From the NCBI GenBank assembly GCA_964016885.1, contig OZ024764.1, positions 27,838,001 to 27,902,000 on the forward strand: 64,000 nt of DNA, in the 5' to 3' direction. Made by a program: the position numbers and the translations under genes. Shown here in pieces: positions 24,201-38,600 of the stretch. The notes under the pieces were generated by a model. It worked only from the letters and a program-made list of their open reading frames with translations, was not told the DNA's origin and searched no databases. How positions within the stretch are numbered: the stretch's first letter is position 1; each line of letters opens with the position of its first letter. The DNA comes from Eledone cirrhosa. Its lineage: Eukaryota.

Positions 24201-27200
24201 GATGAAACGAGAGAGAGGAAGAGAGAGAACGCGAGATGAAACGAGAGAGAGAGCAAGATGAAACGAGAGAGAGGAAGAGAGAGAGCGCAAGATGAAACGA
24301 GAGAGAGAGAGCGCGAGATGAAAGTCTGTCATGTAATATTATGGACATATCTGCCCTTGGGGCTAATAATTGTCATGTAATGTTATGGAAATCTCTGCCC
24401 CTGTGGCTAATAATTCTGTCATGTAATGTTATGGACATCTCTGCCCCTGTGGCTAATAATTCTGTCATGTAATGTTATGGACATCTCTGCCCCTGTGGCT
24501 AATAAATCTGTCATGTAATGTTATGGACATCTCTGCCCCTGTGGCTAATAATTCTGACATGTAATGTTATGGACATCTCTGCCCCTGTGGCTAATAAATA
24601 TGACATGTAATGTTATGGACATCTCTGCCCCTGTGGCTAATAAATCTGTCATGTAATGTTATGGACATCTCTGCCCCTGTGGCTAATAATTCTGACATGT
24701 AATGTTATGGACATCTCTGCCCCTGTGGCTAATAATTCTGTCATGTAATGTTATGGACATCTCTGCCCCTGTGGCTAATAAATTCGTCATGTAATGTTAT
24801 GGACATCTCTGCCCCTGTGGCTAATAAATCTGTCATGTAATGTTATGGACATCTCTGCCCCTGTGGCTAATAATTCTGACATGTAATGTTATGGATATCT
24901 CTGCCCCTGTGGCTAATAATTCTGAGAGAGATGAAACAAGTGAGGGATAAGAGAGAGATGAAACAAATGAGGGATTAGAGTGTTGAAACAAGAGAGAGAG
25001 AGGCAGAGAGAGTGAGAGCGAGATCAAACGAGAGAGAGAGAGCGAGATGAAATGAGAGAGTGAGAGCGAGATGAAACGAGAGAGAGAGAGCGAGATGAAA
25101 TGAGAGAGCGAGAGCGAGATGAAATGAGAGAGAGAGAGCGAGATGAAACGAGACAGAGAGAGCGAGATGAAACGAGAGAGAGAGAGCGAAATGAAACGAG
25201 ACAGATTAGAGCGAGATGAAACGAGAGAGAGAGAGCGAGATGAAATGAGAGAGAGAGAGCGAGATGAAACGAGAGAGTGAGAGCTAGAGGAAACGAGAGA
25301 GAGAGGAAACGAGAGAGAGGATACGAGAGAGAGGAAACGAGAGTAGAGAGCGAGATGAAACAGGAGAGAGAGAGCGAGATGAAACAGGAGAGAGAGAGCG
25401 AGATGAAACGAGAGGGAGAGAGAGATGAAACGAGAGAGCGAGAGAGAGATAGAGGGAGATGAAACGACAGAGAGAGAGACAGATGAAACGAGGGAGATAG
25501 AGATGAAACGAGAGAGAGAGATGAAACGAGAGAGAGGAAGAGAGAGATGGAACGAGAGAGAGGAAGAGAGAGATGGAACGAGAGAGAGGAAGACAGAGAT
25601 GAAACGAGAGAGAGAGAGAGCGAGATGAAACGAGAGAGAGGAAGAGAGAACGCGAGATGAAACGAGAGAGAGAGAGAGCAAGATGAAACGAGAGAGAGGA
25701 AGAGAGAGAGCGCAAGATGAAACGAGAGAGAGAGCGCGAGATGAAAGTCTGTCATGTAATGTTATGGACATATCTGCCCTTGGGGCTAATAATTGTCATG
25801 TAATGTTATGGAAATCTCTGCCTCTGTGGCTAATAATTCTTTCATGTAATGTTATGGACATCTCTGCCCCTGTGGCTAATAATTCTGTCATGTAATGTTA
25901 TGGACATCTCTGCCCCTGTGGCTAATAAATCTGTCATGTAATGTTATGGACATCTCTGCCCCTGTGGCTAATAATTCTGACATGTAATGTTATGGACATC
26001 TCTGCCCCTGTGGCTAATAAATATGACATGTAATGTTATGGACATCTCTGCCCCTGTGGCTAATAAATCTGTCATGTAATGTTATGGACATCTCTGCCCC
26101 TGTGGCTAATAATTCTGACATGTAATGTTATGGACATCTCTGCCCCTGTGGCTAATAATTCTGAGAGAGATGAAACAAGTGAGGGATTAGAGAGAGATGA
26201 AACAAGTGAGGGATTAGAGTGTTGAAACAAGAGAGAGAGAGAGGAAGAGAGAGTGAGAGCGAAATCAAACGAGAGAGAGCGAGATGAAATGAGAGAGTGA
26301 GAGCGAGATGAAACTAGAGAGAGAGAGAGAGCGAGATGAAATGAGAGAGAGAGAGCGAGATGAAATGAGAGAGAGAGAGCGAGATGAAACGAGACAGAGA
26401 GAGCGGGATGAAACGAGACAGAGAGAGCGAGAGCGAGATGAAACGAGACAGAGAGAGCGAGATGAAACGAGAGAGAGAGAGCGAGATGAAATGAGAGAGA
26501 GAGAGCGAGATGAAATGAGAGAGAGAGAGCGAGATGAAACGAGAGAGAGAGGAAACGAGAGAGACGAAACGAGAGAGAGAGAGCGAGATGAAATGAGAGA
26601 GAGAGAGCGAGATGAAATGAGAGAGAGAGAGCTAGATGAAACGAGAGAGAGAGGAAACGAGAGAGACGAAACGAGAGAGAGGAAACGAGAGTAGAGAGCG
26701 AGATGAAACAGGAGAGAGAGAGCGAGATGAAACAGGAGAGAGAGAGCGAGATGAAACGAGAGGGAGAGAGAGATGAAACGAGAGAGCGAGAGAGAGATAG
26801 AGGGAGATGAAACGACAGAGAGAGAGACAGATGAAACGAGGGAGATAGAGATGAAACGAGAGAGAGAGGTGAAACGAGAGAGAGGAAGAGAGAGATGGAA
26901 CGAGAGAGAGGAAGGGAGAGATGGAACGAGAGAGAGGAAGACAGAGATGAAACGAGAGAGAGAGAGAGCAAGATGAAACGAGAGAGAGAGATGAAACGAG
27001 AGAGAGGAAGAGAGAGATGGAACGAGAGAGAGGAAGAGCGAGATGGAACGAGCGAGAGGAAGACAGAGATGAAACGAGACAGAGAGAGATCGAGATGAAA
27101 CGAGAGAGAGGAAGAGAGAGAGCGCAAGATGAAACGAGAGAGAGAGAGAGAGCGAGATGAAACGAGAGAGAGGAAGAGAGAGAGCGCGAGATGAAACGAG

Positions 27201-29683
27201 AGAGAGGAAGAGAGAGAGCGCGAGATGAAATGAGAGAGAGAGAGCGAGATGAAATGAGAGATTGAGAGTGAGATGAAACGAGAGAGTGAGAGAGAGCGAG
27301 ATGAAATGACAGAGAGAGAGCGAGATGAAATGAGAGAGACAGAGCGAGATGAAACGAGACAGAGAGAGCGGGATGAAACGAGACAGAGAGATCGAGATGA
27401 AATGAGAGAGAGAGAGCGAGATGAAATGAGAGAGAGAGAGCGAGATGAAACGAGAGAGTGAGAGCGAGATGGACCGAGTCAGAGAGAGCGAGATGAAACG
27501 AGAGAGTGAGAGCTAGATGAAACGAGAGAGAGAGGAAACGAGAGAGAGAGGAATCGAGAGAGAGGAAACGAGAGAGAGGAAACGAGAGTAGAGAGCAAGA
27601 TGAAACAGGAGAGAGAGAGAGCGAGATGAAACCGGAGAGAGAGAGCGAGATGAAACGAGAGGGAGGGAGAGATGAAACGAGAGAGCGAGAGAGAGATAGA
27701 GGGAGATGAAACGAGAGAGTGATAGCTAGATGAAACGAGAGAGAGAGGAATAGAGAGATGGAACGAGAGAGAGGAAGACAGATATGAAACGAGAGAGAGA
27801 GAGAGCGAGATGAAACGAGAGAGAGGAAGAGAGCACGAGATGAAACGAGAGAGAGAGAGCGAGATGAAACGAGAGAGAGAGCGAGATGAAACGAGAGAGA
27901 GGAAGAGAGAGAGCGCGAGATGAAAGTCTGTCATGTAATGTTATGGACATATCTGCCCTTGGGGCTAATAATTGTCATGTAATGTTATGGACATATCTAC
28001 CCTTGGGGCTAATAATTGTCATGTAATGTTATGTACATCTCTGCCCCTGTGGCAAATAATTCTGTCATGTAATGTTATGGACACCTCTGTCCCTGTGGCT
28101 AATAATTATGTCATGTAATGTTATGGACATCTCTGCCCCTGTGGCTAATAATTCTGTCATGTAATGTTATGGACATCTCTGCCCCTGTGGCTAATAAATT
28201 CGTCATGTAATGTTATGGACATCTCTGCCCCTGTGGCTAATAAATCTGTCATGTAATGTTTTGGACATCTCTTCCCCTGTGGCTAATAATTCTGACATGT
28301 AATGTTATGGATATCTCTGCCCCTGTGGCTAATAATTCTGAGAGAGATGAAACAAGTGAGGGATAAGAGAGAGATGAAACAAGTGAGGGATTAGAGTGTT
28401 GAAACAAGAGAGAGAGAGGAAGAGAGAGTGAGAGCGAGATCAAACGAGAGAGAGAGAGCGAGATGAAATGAGAGAGTGAGAGCGAGATGAAACGAGAGAG
28501 AGAGAGCGAGATGAAATGAGAGAGAGAGAGCGAGATGAAATGAGAGAGAGAGAGCGAGATGAAACGAGACAGAGAGAGCGAGGTGAAACGAGAGAGAGAG
28601 AGAGCGAAATGAAACGAGACAGATTAGAGCGAGATGAAACGAGAGAGAGAGAGAGCAAGATGAAATGAGAGAGAGAGAGCGAGATGAAACGAGAGAGTGA
28701 GAGCTAGAGGAAACGATAGAGAGAGGAAACGAGAGAGAGAGGAAACGAGAGAGAGGATACGAGAGAGAGGAAACGAGAGTAGAGAGCGAGATGAAACAGG
28801 AGAGAGAGAGCGAGATGAAACAGGAGAGATAGAGCGAGATGAAACGAGAGGGAGAGTGAGATGAAACGAGAGAGCGAGAGAGAGATAGAGGGAGATGAAA
28901 CGACAGAGAGAGAGACAGATGAAACGAGGGAGATAGAGATGAAACGAGAAAGAGAGATGAAACGAGAGAGAGGAAGAGAGAGATGGAACGAGAGAGAGGA
29001 AGAGAGAGATGGAACGAGAGAGAGGAAGACAGAGATGAAACGACAGAGAGAGCGAGATGAAACGAGAGAGAGGAAGAGAGAGAACGCTAGATGAAACGAG
29101 AGAGAGAGCAAGATGAAACGAGAGAGAGGAAGAGAGCGCAAGATGAAACGAGAGAGAGAGAGCGCGAGATGGAAGTCTGTCATGTAATGTTATGGACATA
29201 TCTGCCCTTGGGGCTAATAATTGTCATGTAATGTTATGGAAATCTCTGCCCCTGTGGCTAATAATTCTGTCATGTAATGTTATGGACATCTCTGCCCCTG
29301 TGGCTAATAATTCTATCATGTAATGTTATGGACATCTCTGCCCCTGTGGCTAATAAATCTGTCATGTAATGTTATGGACATCTCTGCCCCTGTGGCTAAT
29401 AATTCTGACATGTAATGTTATGGACATCTCTGCCCCTGTGGCTAATAAATATGACATGTAATGTTATGGACATCTCTGCCCCTGTGGCTAATAAATCTGT
29501 CATGTAATGTTATGGACATCTCTGCCCCTGTGGCTAATAATTCTGACATGTAATGTTATGGACATCTCTGCCCCTGTGGCTAATAAATCTGTCATGTAAT
29601 GTTATGGACATCTCTGCCCCTGTGGCTAATAATTCTGACATGTAATGTTATGGACATCTCTGCCCCTGTGGCTAATAATTCTG
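14965..29683 (+). repeat. Composite higher-order satellite, forward arm: 9 GA blocks each followed by a block of 9-15 46-mers
   Basis: 46-mer blocks at ~16067-16652, 18290-18701, 19530-19942, 21565-21976, 22790-23478, 24327-24922, 25750-26162, 27929-28340, 29178-29683; GA blocks ordered seed, A, B, A, B, B, B, A, B. Confidence 0.95.
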
Positions 29684-32600
29684 ATTTATTAGCCACAGGG
29701 GCAGAGATGTCCATAACATTACATGACAGAATTATTAGCCACAGGGGCAGAGATTTCCATAACATTACATGTCAGAATTATTAGCCACAGGGGCAGAGAT
29801 GTCCATAACATTACATGTCAGAATTATTAGCCACAAGGGCAGAGATGTCCATAACATTACATGACAGAATTATTAGCCACAGGGGCAGAGATGACCATAA
29901 CATTACATGACAATTATTAGCCACAGGGGCAGATATGTCAAAAACATTACATGACAGAGTTTCATCTCGCGCTCTCTCTCTCTCGTTTCATCTTGCGCTC
30001 TCTCTCTCTCTCGTTTCATCTTGCTCTCTCTCTCGTTTCATCTCTGTCTTCCTCTCTCTCGTTCCATCTCTCTCTTCCTCTCTCTCGTTCCATCTCTCTC
30101 ATCCTCTCTCTCGTTTCATCTCTATCTCCCTCCTTTCATCTGTCTCTCTCTCTGTCGTTTCATCTCGCGCTCTCTCTCTCTCGTTTCATCTCGCGCTCTC
30201 TCTGTCTCGTTTCATCTCGCTCTCTCTCTCTCTCGTTTCATCTCTGTCTTCCTCTCTCTCGTTCCATCTCTCTCTTCCTCTCTCTCGTTCCATCTCTCTC
30301 TTCTTCTCTCTCGTTTCATCTCTATCTCCCTCGTTTCATCTCTCTCTCGCTCTCTCGTTTCATCTCTCTCTCCCGCTCGTTTCTTTTCGCTCGCTCTCTC
30401 CTGTTTCATCTCGCTCTCTACTCTCGTTTCCTCTCTCTCATTTCCTCTCTCTCTCGTTTCTTCTCTGTCTCGTTTCATCTCGCTCTCTCTCTTTCTCGTT
30501 TGATCTCGCTCTCACTCTCTCGTTTCATCTCGCTTCTCTCACTCTCTTGTTTCATCTCGCTCTCTCTCTCTCTTCCTCTCTCTCTCTTGTTTCAACACTC
30601 TAATCCCTCACTTGTTTTATCTCTCTCTAATCCCTCACTTGGTTCATCTCTCTCAGAATTATTAGCCACAGGGGCAGAGATGTCCATAACATTACATGTC
30701 AGAATTATTAGCCACAGGGCAGAGATGTCCATAACATTACATGTCAGAATTATTAGCCACTGGGGCAGAGATGTCCATAACATTACATGTCAGAATTATT
30801 AGCCACAGGGGTAGAGATGTCCATAACATTACATGTCAGAATTATTAGCCACAGGGGCAGAGATGTCCATAACATTACATGACAGAATTATTAGCCACAG
30901 GGGCAGTGATGTCCATAACATTACATGACAATTATTAGCCCCAAGGGCAGATATGTCCATAACATTACATGACAGAGTTCCATCTCGCGCTCTCTCTCTT
31001 CCTCTCTCTCGTTTCATCTCGCTCTCTCTCTCTCTCGTTTCATCTCGCTCTCTCGTTTCATCTCGCTCTCTCGTTTCATCTCGCTCTCTCTCGTTTCATC
31101 TCTGTCTTCCTCTCTCTCGTTCCATCTCTCTCTTCCTCTCTCTCGTTCCATCTCTCTGTTCCTCTCTCTCGTTTCATTTCTATCTCCCTCCTTTCATCTG
31201 TCTCTCTCTCTGTCGTTTCATCTCGCGCTCTCTCTCTCTCGATTCATCTCGCGCTCTCTCTCTCTCGTTTCATCTCGCTCTCTCTCTCTCTCGTTTCATC
31301 TCTGTCTTCTTCTCTCGCGTTCCATCTCTCTCTTCCTCCCTCTCTTCCTCTCTCTCGTTTCATCTCTATCTCCCTCGTTTCATCTCTCTCTCCCTCTCGT
31401 TTCATCTCGCTCTCTCTCTCCTGTTTCATCTCGCTCTCTACTCTCGTTTCCTCTCTCTCGTTTCCTCTCTGTCTCGTTCCATCCCTTTCTCTCTCTCTCT
31501 CATTACATCTCGCTCTCTCTGTCTCGTTTCATCTCGCTCTCTCTCTCTCTCGTTTCATCTCGCTCTCACTCTCTCGTTTCATCTCGCGTTTCATCTCACT
31601 CTCCCTGTCTCATTTCACCTCGCTCTCTCTCTCTCTTCCTCTCTCTCTCTTGTTTCAACCCTCTAATCCCTCACTTGTTTTATCTCTCTCTAATCCCTCA
31701 CTTGTTTCATCTCTCTCAGAATTATTAGCCACAGGGGCAGAGATGTCCATAACATTACATGTCAGAATTATTAGCCACAGGGCAGAGATGTCCATAACAT
31801 TACATGTCAGAGTTATTAGCCACAGGGGCAGAGATGTCCATAACATTACATGTCAGAATTATTAGCCACGGGGGCGGAGACGTCCATAACATTACATGAC
31901 AGAATTATTAGCCACAGGGGCAGAGATGACCATAACATTACATGACAATTATTAGCCACAGGGGCAGATATATCAATAACATTACATGATAGAGTTTCAT
32001 CTCGCGCTCTCTCTCTCTCGTTTCATCTTGCTCTCTCTCTCTCTCGTTTCATCTCTGTCTTCCTCTCTCACGTTCCATCTCTCTCTTCCTCTCTCTCGTT
32101 CCATCTCTCTCTTCCTCTCTCTCGTTTCATCTCTATCTCCCTCGTTTCATCTCTCTCTCGCTCTCTCGTTTCATCTCTCTCTCCCTCTCGTTTCATCTCG
32201 CTCTCTACTCTCGTTTCCTCTCTCTCGTTTCCTCTCTGTCTCGTTCCATCCCGCTCTCTCTCTCTCACATTACATCTCGCTCTCTCTGTCTCGTTTCATC
32301 TCGCTCTCTCTCTCTCTCGTTTCATCTCGCTCTCACTCTCTCGTTTCATCTCGCTTCTCTCACTATTGCGTTTCATCTCGCTCTCCCTGTCTCATTTCAT
32401 CTCGCTCTCTCTCTCTCTCTTCCTCTCTCTCTCTTGTTTCAACACTCTAATCCCTCACTTGTTTTATCTCTCTCTAATCCCTCCCTTGTTTCATCTCTCT
32501 CAGAATTATTAGCCACTGGGGCAGAGATGTCCATAACATTACATGTCAGAGTTATTAGCCACAGGGGCAGAGATGTCCATAACATTACATGACAGAGTTT

Positions 32601-35600
32601 CATCTCGCGCTCTCTCTCTCTCGTTTCATCTCGCGCTCTCTCTCTTCCTCTCTCTCGTTTCATCTCGCTCTCTCTCTCTCTCGTTTCACCTCTGTCTTTC
32701 ATCTCTCTCTTCCTCTCTCTCGTTCCATCTCTCTCTTCCTCTCTCTCGTTTCATCTCTATCTCCCTCCTTTCATCTGTCTCTCTCTCTGTCGTTTCATCT
32801 CGCGCTCTCTCTCTCTCATTTCATCTCGCGCTCTCTCTCTCTCGTTTCATCTCGCTCTCTCTCTCTCTCGTTACATCTCTGTCTTCCTCTCTCTCGTTCC
32901 ATCTCTCTCTTCCTCTCTCTCTTCCTCTCTCTCGTTTCATCTCTATCTCCCTCGTTTCATCTCTCTCTCCCTCTCGTTTCATCTTGCTCTCTCTCTCCTG
33001 TTTCATCTCGCTCTCTACTCTCGTTTCCTCTCTCTCGTTTCCTCTCTGTCTCGTTCCATCCCGCTCTCTCTCTCTCTCATTACATCTCGCTCTCTCTGTC
33101 TCGTTTCATCTCGCTCTCTCTCTCTCTCGTTTCATCTCGCTCTCACTCTCTCGTTTCATCTCGCGTTTCATCTCACTCTCCCTGTCTCATTTCATCTCGC
33201 TCTCTCTCTCTCTTCCTCTCTCTCTCTTGTTTCAACACTCTAATCCCTCACTTGTTTTATCTCTCTCTAATCCCTCACTTGTTTCATCTCTCTCAGAATT
33301 ATTAGCCACAGGGGCAGAGATGTCCATAACATTACATGTCAGAATTATTAGCCACAGGGCAGAGATGTCCATAACATTACATGTCAGAATTATTAGCCAC
33401 AGGGGCAGAGATGTCCATAACATTACATGTCAGAATTATTAGCCACAGGGGCGGAGACGTCCATAACATTACATGACAGAATTATTAGCCACAGGGGCAG
33501 AGATGACCATAACATTACATGACAATTATTAGCCACAGGGGCAGATATATCAATAACATTACATGATAGAGTTTCATCTCGCGCTCTCTCTCTCTCGTTT
33601 CATCTTGCGCTCTCTCTCTCTCGTTTCATCTTGCTCTCTCTCTCTCTCGTTTCATCTCTGTATTCCTCTCTCTCGTTCCATCTCTCTATTCCTCTCTCTC
33701 GTTCCATCTCTCTCATCCTCTCTCTCGTTTTATCTGTATCTCCCTCCTTCAATCTGTCTCTCTCTCTGTCGTTTCATCTCGTGCTCTCTCTGTCTCGTTT
33801 CATCTCGCGCTCTCTCTGTCTCGTTTCATCTCGCTCTCTCTCTCTCTCTCGTTTCATCTCTGTCTTCCTCTCTCTCGTTCCATCTCTCTCTTCCTCTTTC
33901 TCGTTCCATCTCTCTCTTCCTCTCTCTCGTTTCATTTCTATCTCCCTCGTTTCATCTCTCTCTCGCTCTCTCGTTTCATCTCTCTCTCCCTCTCGTTTCA
34001 TCTCGCTCTCTACTCTCGTTTCCTCTCTCTCGTTTCCTCTCTGTCTCGTTCCATCCCGCTCTCTCTCTCTCTCATTACATCTCGCTCTCTCTGTCTCGTT
34101 TCATCTCGCTCTCTCTCGCTCTCGTTTCATCTCGCTCTCACTCTCTCGTTTCATCTCGCTTCTCTCACTATTGCGTTTCATCTCGCTCTCCCTGTCTCAT
34201 TTCATCTCGCTCTCTCTCTCTCTTCCTCTCTCTTGTTTCAACACCCTAATCCCTCACTTGTTTTATCTCTCTCTAATCCCTCACTTGTTTCATCTCTCTC
34301 AGAATTATTAGCCACAGGGGCAGAGATGTCCATAACATTACATGTCAGAGTTATTAGCCACAGGGGCAGAGATGTCCATAACGTTACATGACAATTATTA
34401 GCCCCAAGGGCAGATATGTCCATAACATTACATGACAGAGTTTCATCTCACGCTCTCTCTCTCTCGTTTCATCTCGCGCTCTCTCTCTTCCTCTCTCTCG
34501 TTTCATCTCGCTCTCTCTCTCTCTCGTTTCACCTCTGTCTTCCATCTCTCTCTTCCTCTCTCTCGTTCCATCTCACTCTTCCTCTCTCTCATTTCATCTC
34601 TCTCTCTCGTTTCATCTCTATCTCTCTCTCTCGTTTCATCTGTCTCTCTCTCTGTCGTTTCATCTCCCTCTATCTCTCTCTCCCTCTCGTTTCATCTCGC
34701 TCTCTCTCTCCTGTTTCATCTCGCTCTCTCTCTCTCCTGTTTCATCTCGCTCTCTACTCTCGTTTCCTCTCTCTCTCCCTCCTGTTTCATCTCGCTCTCT
34801 CTCTCTCGTTTCATCTCGCTCTCACTCTCTCGTTTCATCTCGCTCTCTCTCTGTCTCGTTTCATCTCGCTCTCTCTCTCTCATTTCATCTCGCTCTCTCT
34901 CTCTCATTTCATCTCGCTCTCTCTCTCTCGTTTCATCTCGCTCTCACACTCTCGTTTCATCTCGCTCTCACTCTCTCGTTTCATCTCGCTCTCCCTGTCT
35001 CGTTTCATCTCGCTCACACTCTCTCATTTCATCTCGCTCTCTCTCTCTCTCTTCTTTCAACACTCTAATCCCTCACTTGTTTCATCTCTCTCAGAATTAT
35101 TAGCCACAGGGGCAGAGATGACCATAACATTACATGTCAGAATTATTAGCCACAGGGGCAGAGATGTCCATAACATTACATGTCAGAATCATTAGCCACA
35201 GGGGCAGAGATGTCCATAACATTACATGACAGAATTATTAGCCACAGGGGCAGAGATGACCATAACATTACATGACAATTATTAGCCACAGGGGCAGATA
35301 TGTCAATAACATTACATGACAGAGTTTCATCTCGCGCTCTCTCTCTCTCTCGTTTCATCTTGCGCTCTCTCTCTCTCTCGTTTCCTCTCGCTCTCTCTCT
35401 CTCTCGTTTCATCTCTGTCTTCCTCTCTCTCGTTCCATCTCTCTCTTCCTCTCTCTCGTTCCATCTCTCTCTTCCTCTCTCTCGTTTCATCTGTCTCTCT
35501 CTCTGTCGTTTCATCTCGCGCTCTCTCTCTCTCGTTTCATCTCGCGCTCTCTCTCTCTCATTTCATCTCGCTCTCTCTCTCTCTCGTTTCATCTCTGTCT

Positions 35601-38600
35601 TCCTCTCTCTCTTCCTCTCTCTCGTTCCATCTCTCTCTTCCTCTCTCTCGTTTCATCTCTATCTCCCTCGTTTCATCTCTCTCTCGCTCTCTCGTTTCAT
35701 CTCTCTCTCCCTCTCGTCTCATCTCGCTCTCTCTCTTCTGTTTCATCTCGCTCTCTACTCTCGTCTCCTCTCTGTCGTTTCCTCTCTGTCTCGTTTCATC
35801 TCGCTCTCCCTGTCTCATTTCATCTCGCTCTCTCTCTCTCTCTTCCTCTCTGTCTCTTGTTTCAACACTCTAATCCCTCACTTGTTTTATCTCTCTCTAA
35901 TCCCTCACTTGTTTCATCTCTCTCAGAATTATTAGCCACAGGGGCAGAGATGTCCATAACATTACATGTCAGAGTTATTAGCCACAGGGGCAGAGATGTC
36001 CATAACGTTACATGACAATTATTAGCCCCAAGGGCAGATATGTCTATAACATTACATGACAGAGTTTCATCTCGCGCTCTCTCTCTCTCGTTTCATCTCG
36101 CGCTCTCTCTCTTCCTCTCTCTCGTTTCATCTCGCTCTCTCTCTCTCTCGTTTCACCTCTGTCTTCCATCTCTCTCTTCCTCTCTCACGTTCCATGTCAC
36201 TATTCCTCTCTCTCATTTCATCTCTCTCTCTCGTTTCATCTCTATCTCTCTCTCTCGTTTCATCTGTCTCTCTCTCTGTCGTTTCATCTCCCTCTATCTC
36301 TCTCTCCCTCTCGTTTCATCTCGCTCTCTCTCTCCTGTTTCATCTCGCTCTCTCTCTCTCCTGTTTCATCTCGCTCTCTACTCTCGTTTCCTCTCTCTCT
36401 CGCTCCTGTTTCATCTCGCTCTCTCTCTCTCGTTTCATCTCGCTCTCACTCTCTCGTTTCATCTCGCTCTCTCTCTGTCTCGTTTCATCTCGCTCTCTCT
36501 CTCTCATTTCATCTCGCTCTCTCTCTCTCATTTCATCTCGCTCTCTCTCTCTCGTTTCATCTCGCTCTCACTCTCTCGTTTCATCTCGCTCTCACTCTCT
36601 CGTTTCATCTCGCTCTCCCTGTCTCGTTTCATCTCGCTCACACTCTCTCATTTCATCTCGCTCTCTCTCTCTTCTTTCAACACTCTAATCCCTCACTTGT
36701 TTCATCTCTCTCAGAATTATTAGCCACAGGGGCAGAGATGACCATAACATTACATGTCAGAATTATTAGCCACAGGGGCAGAGATGTCCATAACATTACA
36801 TGTCAGAATCATTAGCCACCAGGACAGAGATGTCCATAACATTACATGACAGAATTATTAGCCACAGGGGCAGAGATGACCATAACATTACATGACAATT
36901 ATTAGCCACAGGGGCAGATATGTCAATAACATTACATGACAGAGTTTCATCTCGCGCTCTCTCTCTCTCTCGTTTCATCTTGCGCTCTCTCTCTCGTTTC
37001 CTCTCGCTCTCTCTCTCTCTCGTTTCATCTCTGTCTTCCTCTCTCTCGTTCCATCTCTCTCTTCCTCTCTCTCGTTCCATCTCTCTCTTCCTCTCTCTCG
37101 TTTCATCTGTCTCTCTCTCTGTCGTTTCATCTCGCGCTCTCTCTCTCTCTCTCGTTTCATCTCGCGCTCTCTCTCTCTCATTTCATCTCGCTCTCTCTCT
37201 CTCGCGTTTCATCTCTGTCTTCCTCTCTCTCTTCCTCTCTCTCGTTCCATCTCTCTCTTCCTCTCTCTCGTTTCATCTCTATCTCCCTCGTTTCATCTCT
37301 CTCTCGCTCTCTCGTTTCATCTCTCTCTCCCTCTCGTTTCATCTCGCTCTCTCTCTTCTGTTTCATCTCGCTCTCTACTCTCGTCTCCTCTCTGTCGTTT
37401 CCTCTCTGTCTCGTTTCATCTCGCTCTCCCTGTCTCATTTCATCTCGCTCTCTCTCTCTCTCTTCCTCTCTGTCTCTTGTTTCAACACTCTAATCCCTCA
37501 CTTGTTTTATCTCTCTCTAATCCCTCACTTGTTTCATCTCTCTTAGAATTATTAGCCACAGGGGCAGAGATGTCCATAACATTACATGTCAGAATTATTA
37601 GCCACAGGGCAGAGATGTCCATAACATTACATGTCAGAATTATTAGCCACAGGGGCAGAGATGTCCATAACATTACATGACAGAGTTTCATCTCGCTCTC
37701 TCTCTCTCTCGTTTCATCAGTGTCTTCCTCTCTCTCGTTCCATCTCTCTCTCGCTCTCTCTCGTTCCATCTCTATCTTCATCTCTCTCGTTTCATCTCTA
37801 TCTCCCTCCTTTCATCTGTCTCTCTCTCTGTCGTTTCATCTCGCGCTCTCTCTCTCTCGTTTCATCTCGCGCTCTCTCTCTCTTTCTCTCTCTCGTTTCA
37901 TCTCTATCTCCCTCGTTTCATCTGTCTCTCGCTCTCTCGTTTCATCTCTCTCTCCCTCTCGTTTCATCTCGCTCTCTACTCTCGTTTCCTCTCTCTCGCG
38001 TTCCATCCCGCTCTCTCTCTCTCTCATTACATCTCGCTCTCTCTGTCTCGTTTCATCTCGCTCTCTCTCTCTCTCGTTTCATCTCGCTCTCACTCTCTCG
38101 TTTCATCTCGCTTCTCTCACTCTCGTGTTTCATCTCGCTCTCCCTGTCTCATTTCATCTCGCTCTCTCTCTCTCTTCCTCTCTCTCTCTTGTTTCAACAC
38201 TCTAATCCCTCACTTGTTTTATCTCTCTCTAATCCCTCACTTGTTTCATCTCTCTCAGAATTATTAGCCACAGGGGCAGAGATGTCCATAACATTACATG
38301 TCAGAATTATTAGCCACAGGGCAGAGATGTCCATAACATTACATGTCAGAATTATTAGCCACAGGGGCAGAGATGTCCATAACATTACATGACAGAATTA
38401 TTAGCCACAGGGGCAGAGATGTCCATAACATTACATGTCAGAATTATTAGACACAGGGCAGAGATGTCCATAACATTACATGTCAGAATTATTAGCCACA
38501 GGGGCAGAGATGTCCATAACATTACATGTCAGAATTATTAGCCACAGGGGCCGAGATGTCCATAACATTACATGAAAGAATTATTAGCCACAGGGGCAGA

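Noticed and set aside
16067-29683. 46-bp repeats as a CRISPR-like repeat-spacer array
   Set aside because: Monomers are directly adjacent, the intervening blocks are repetitive rather than unique, there are no cas genes, and the context is eukaryotic
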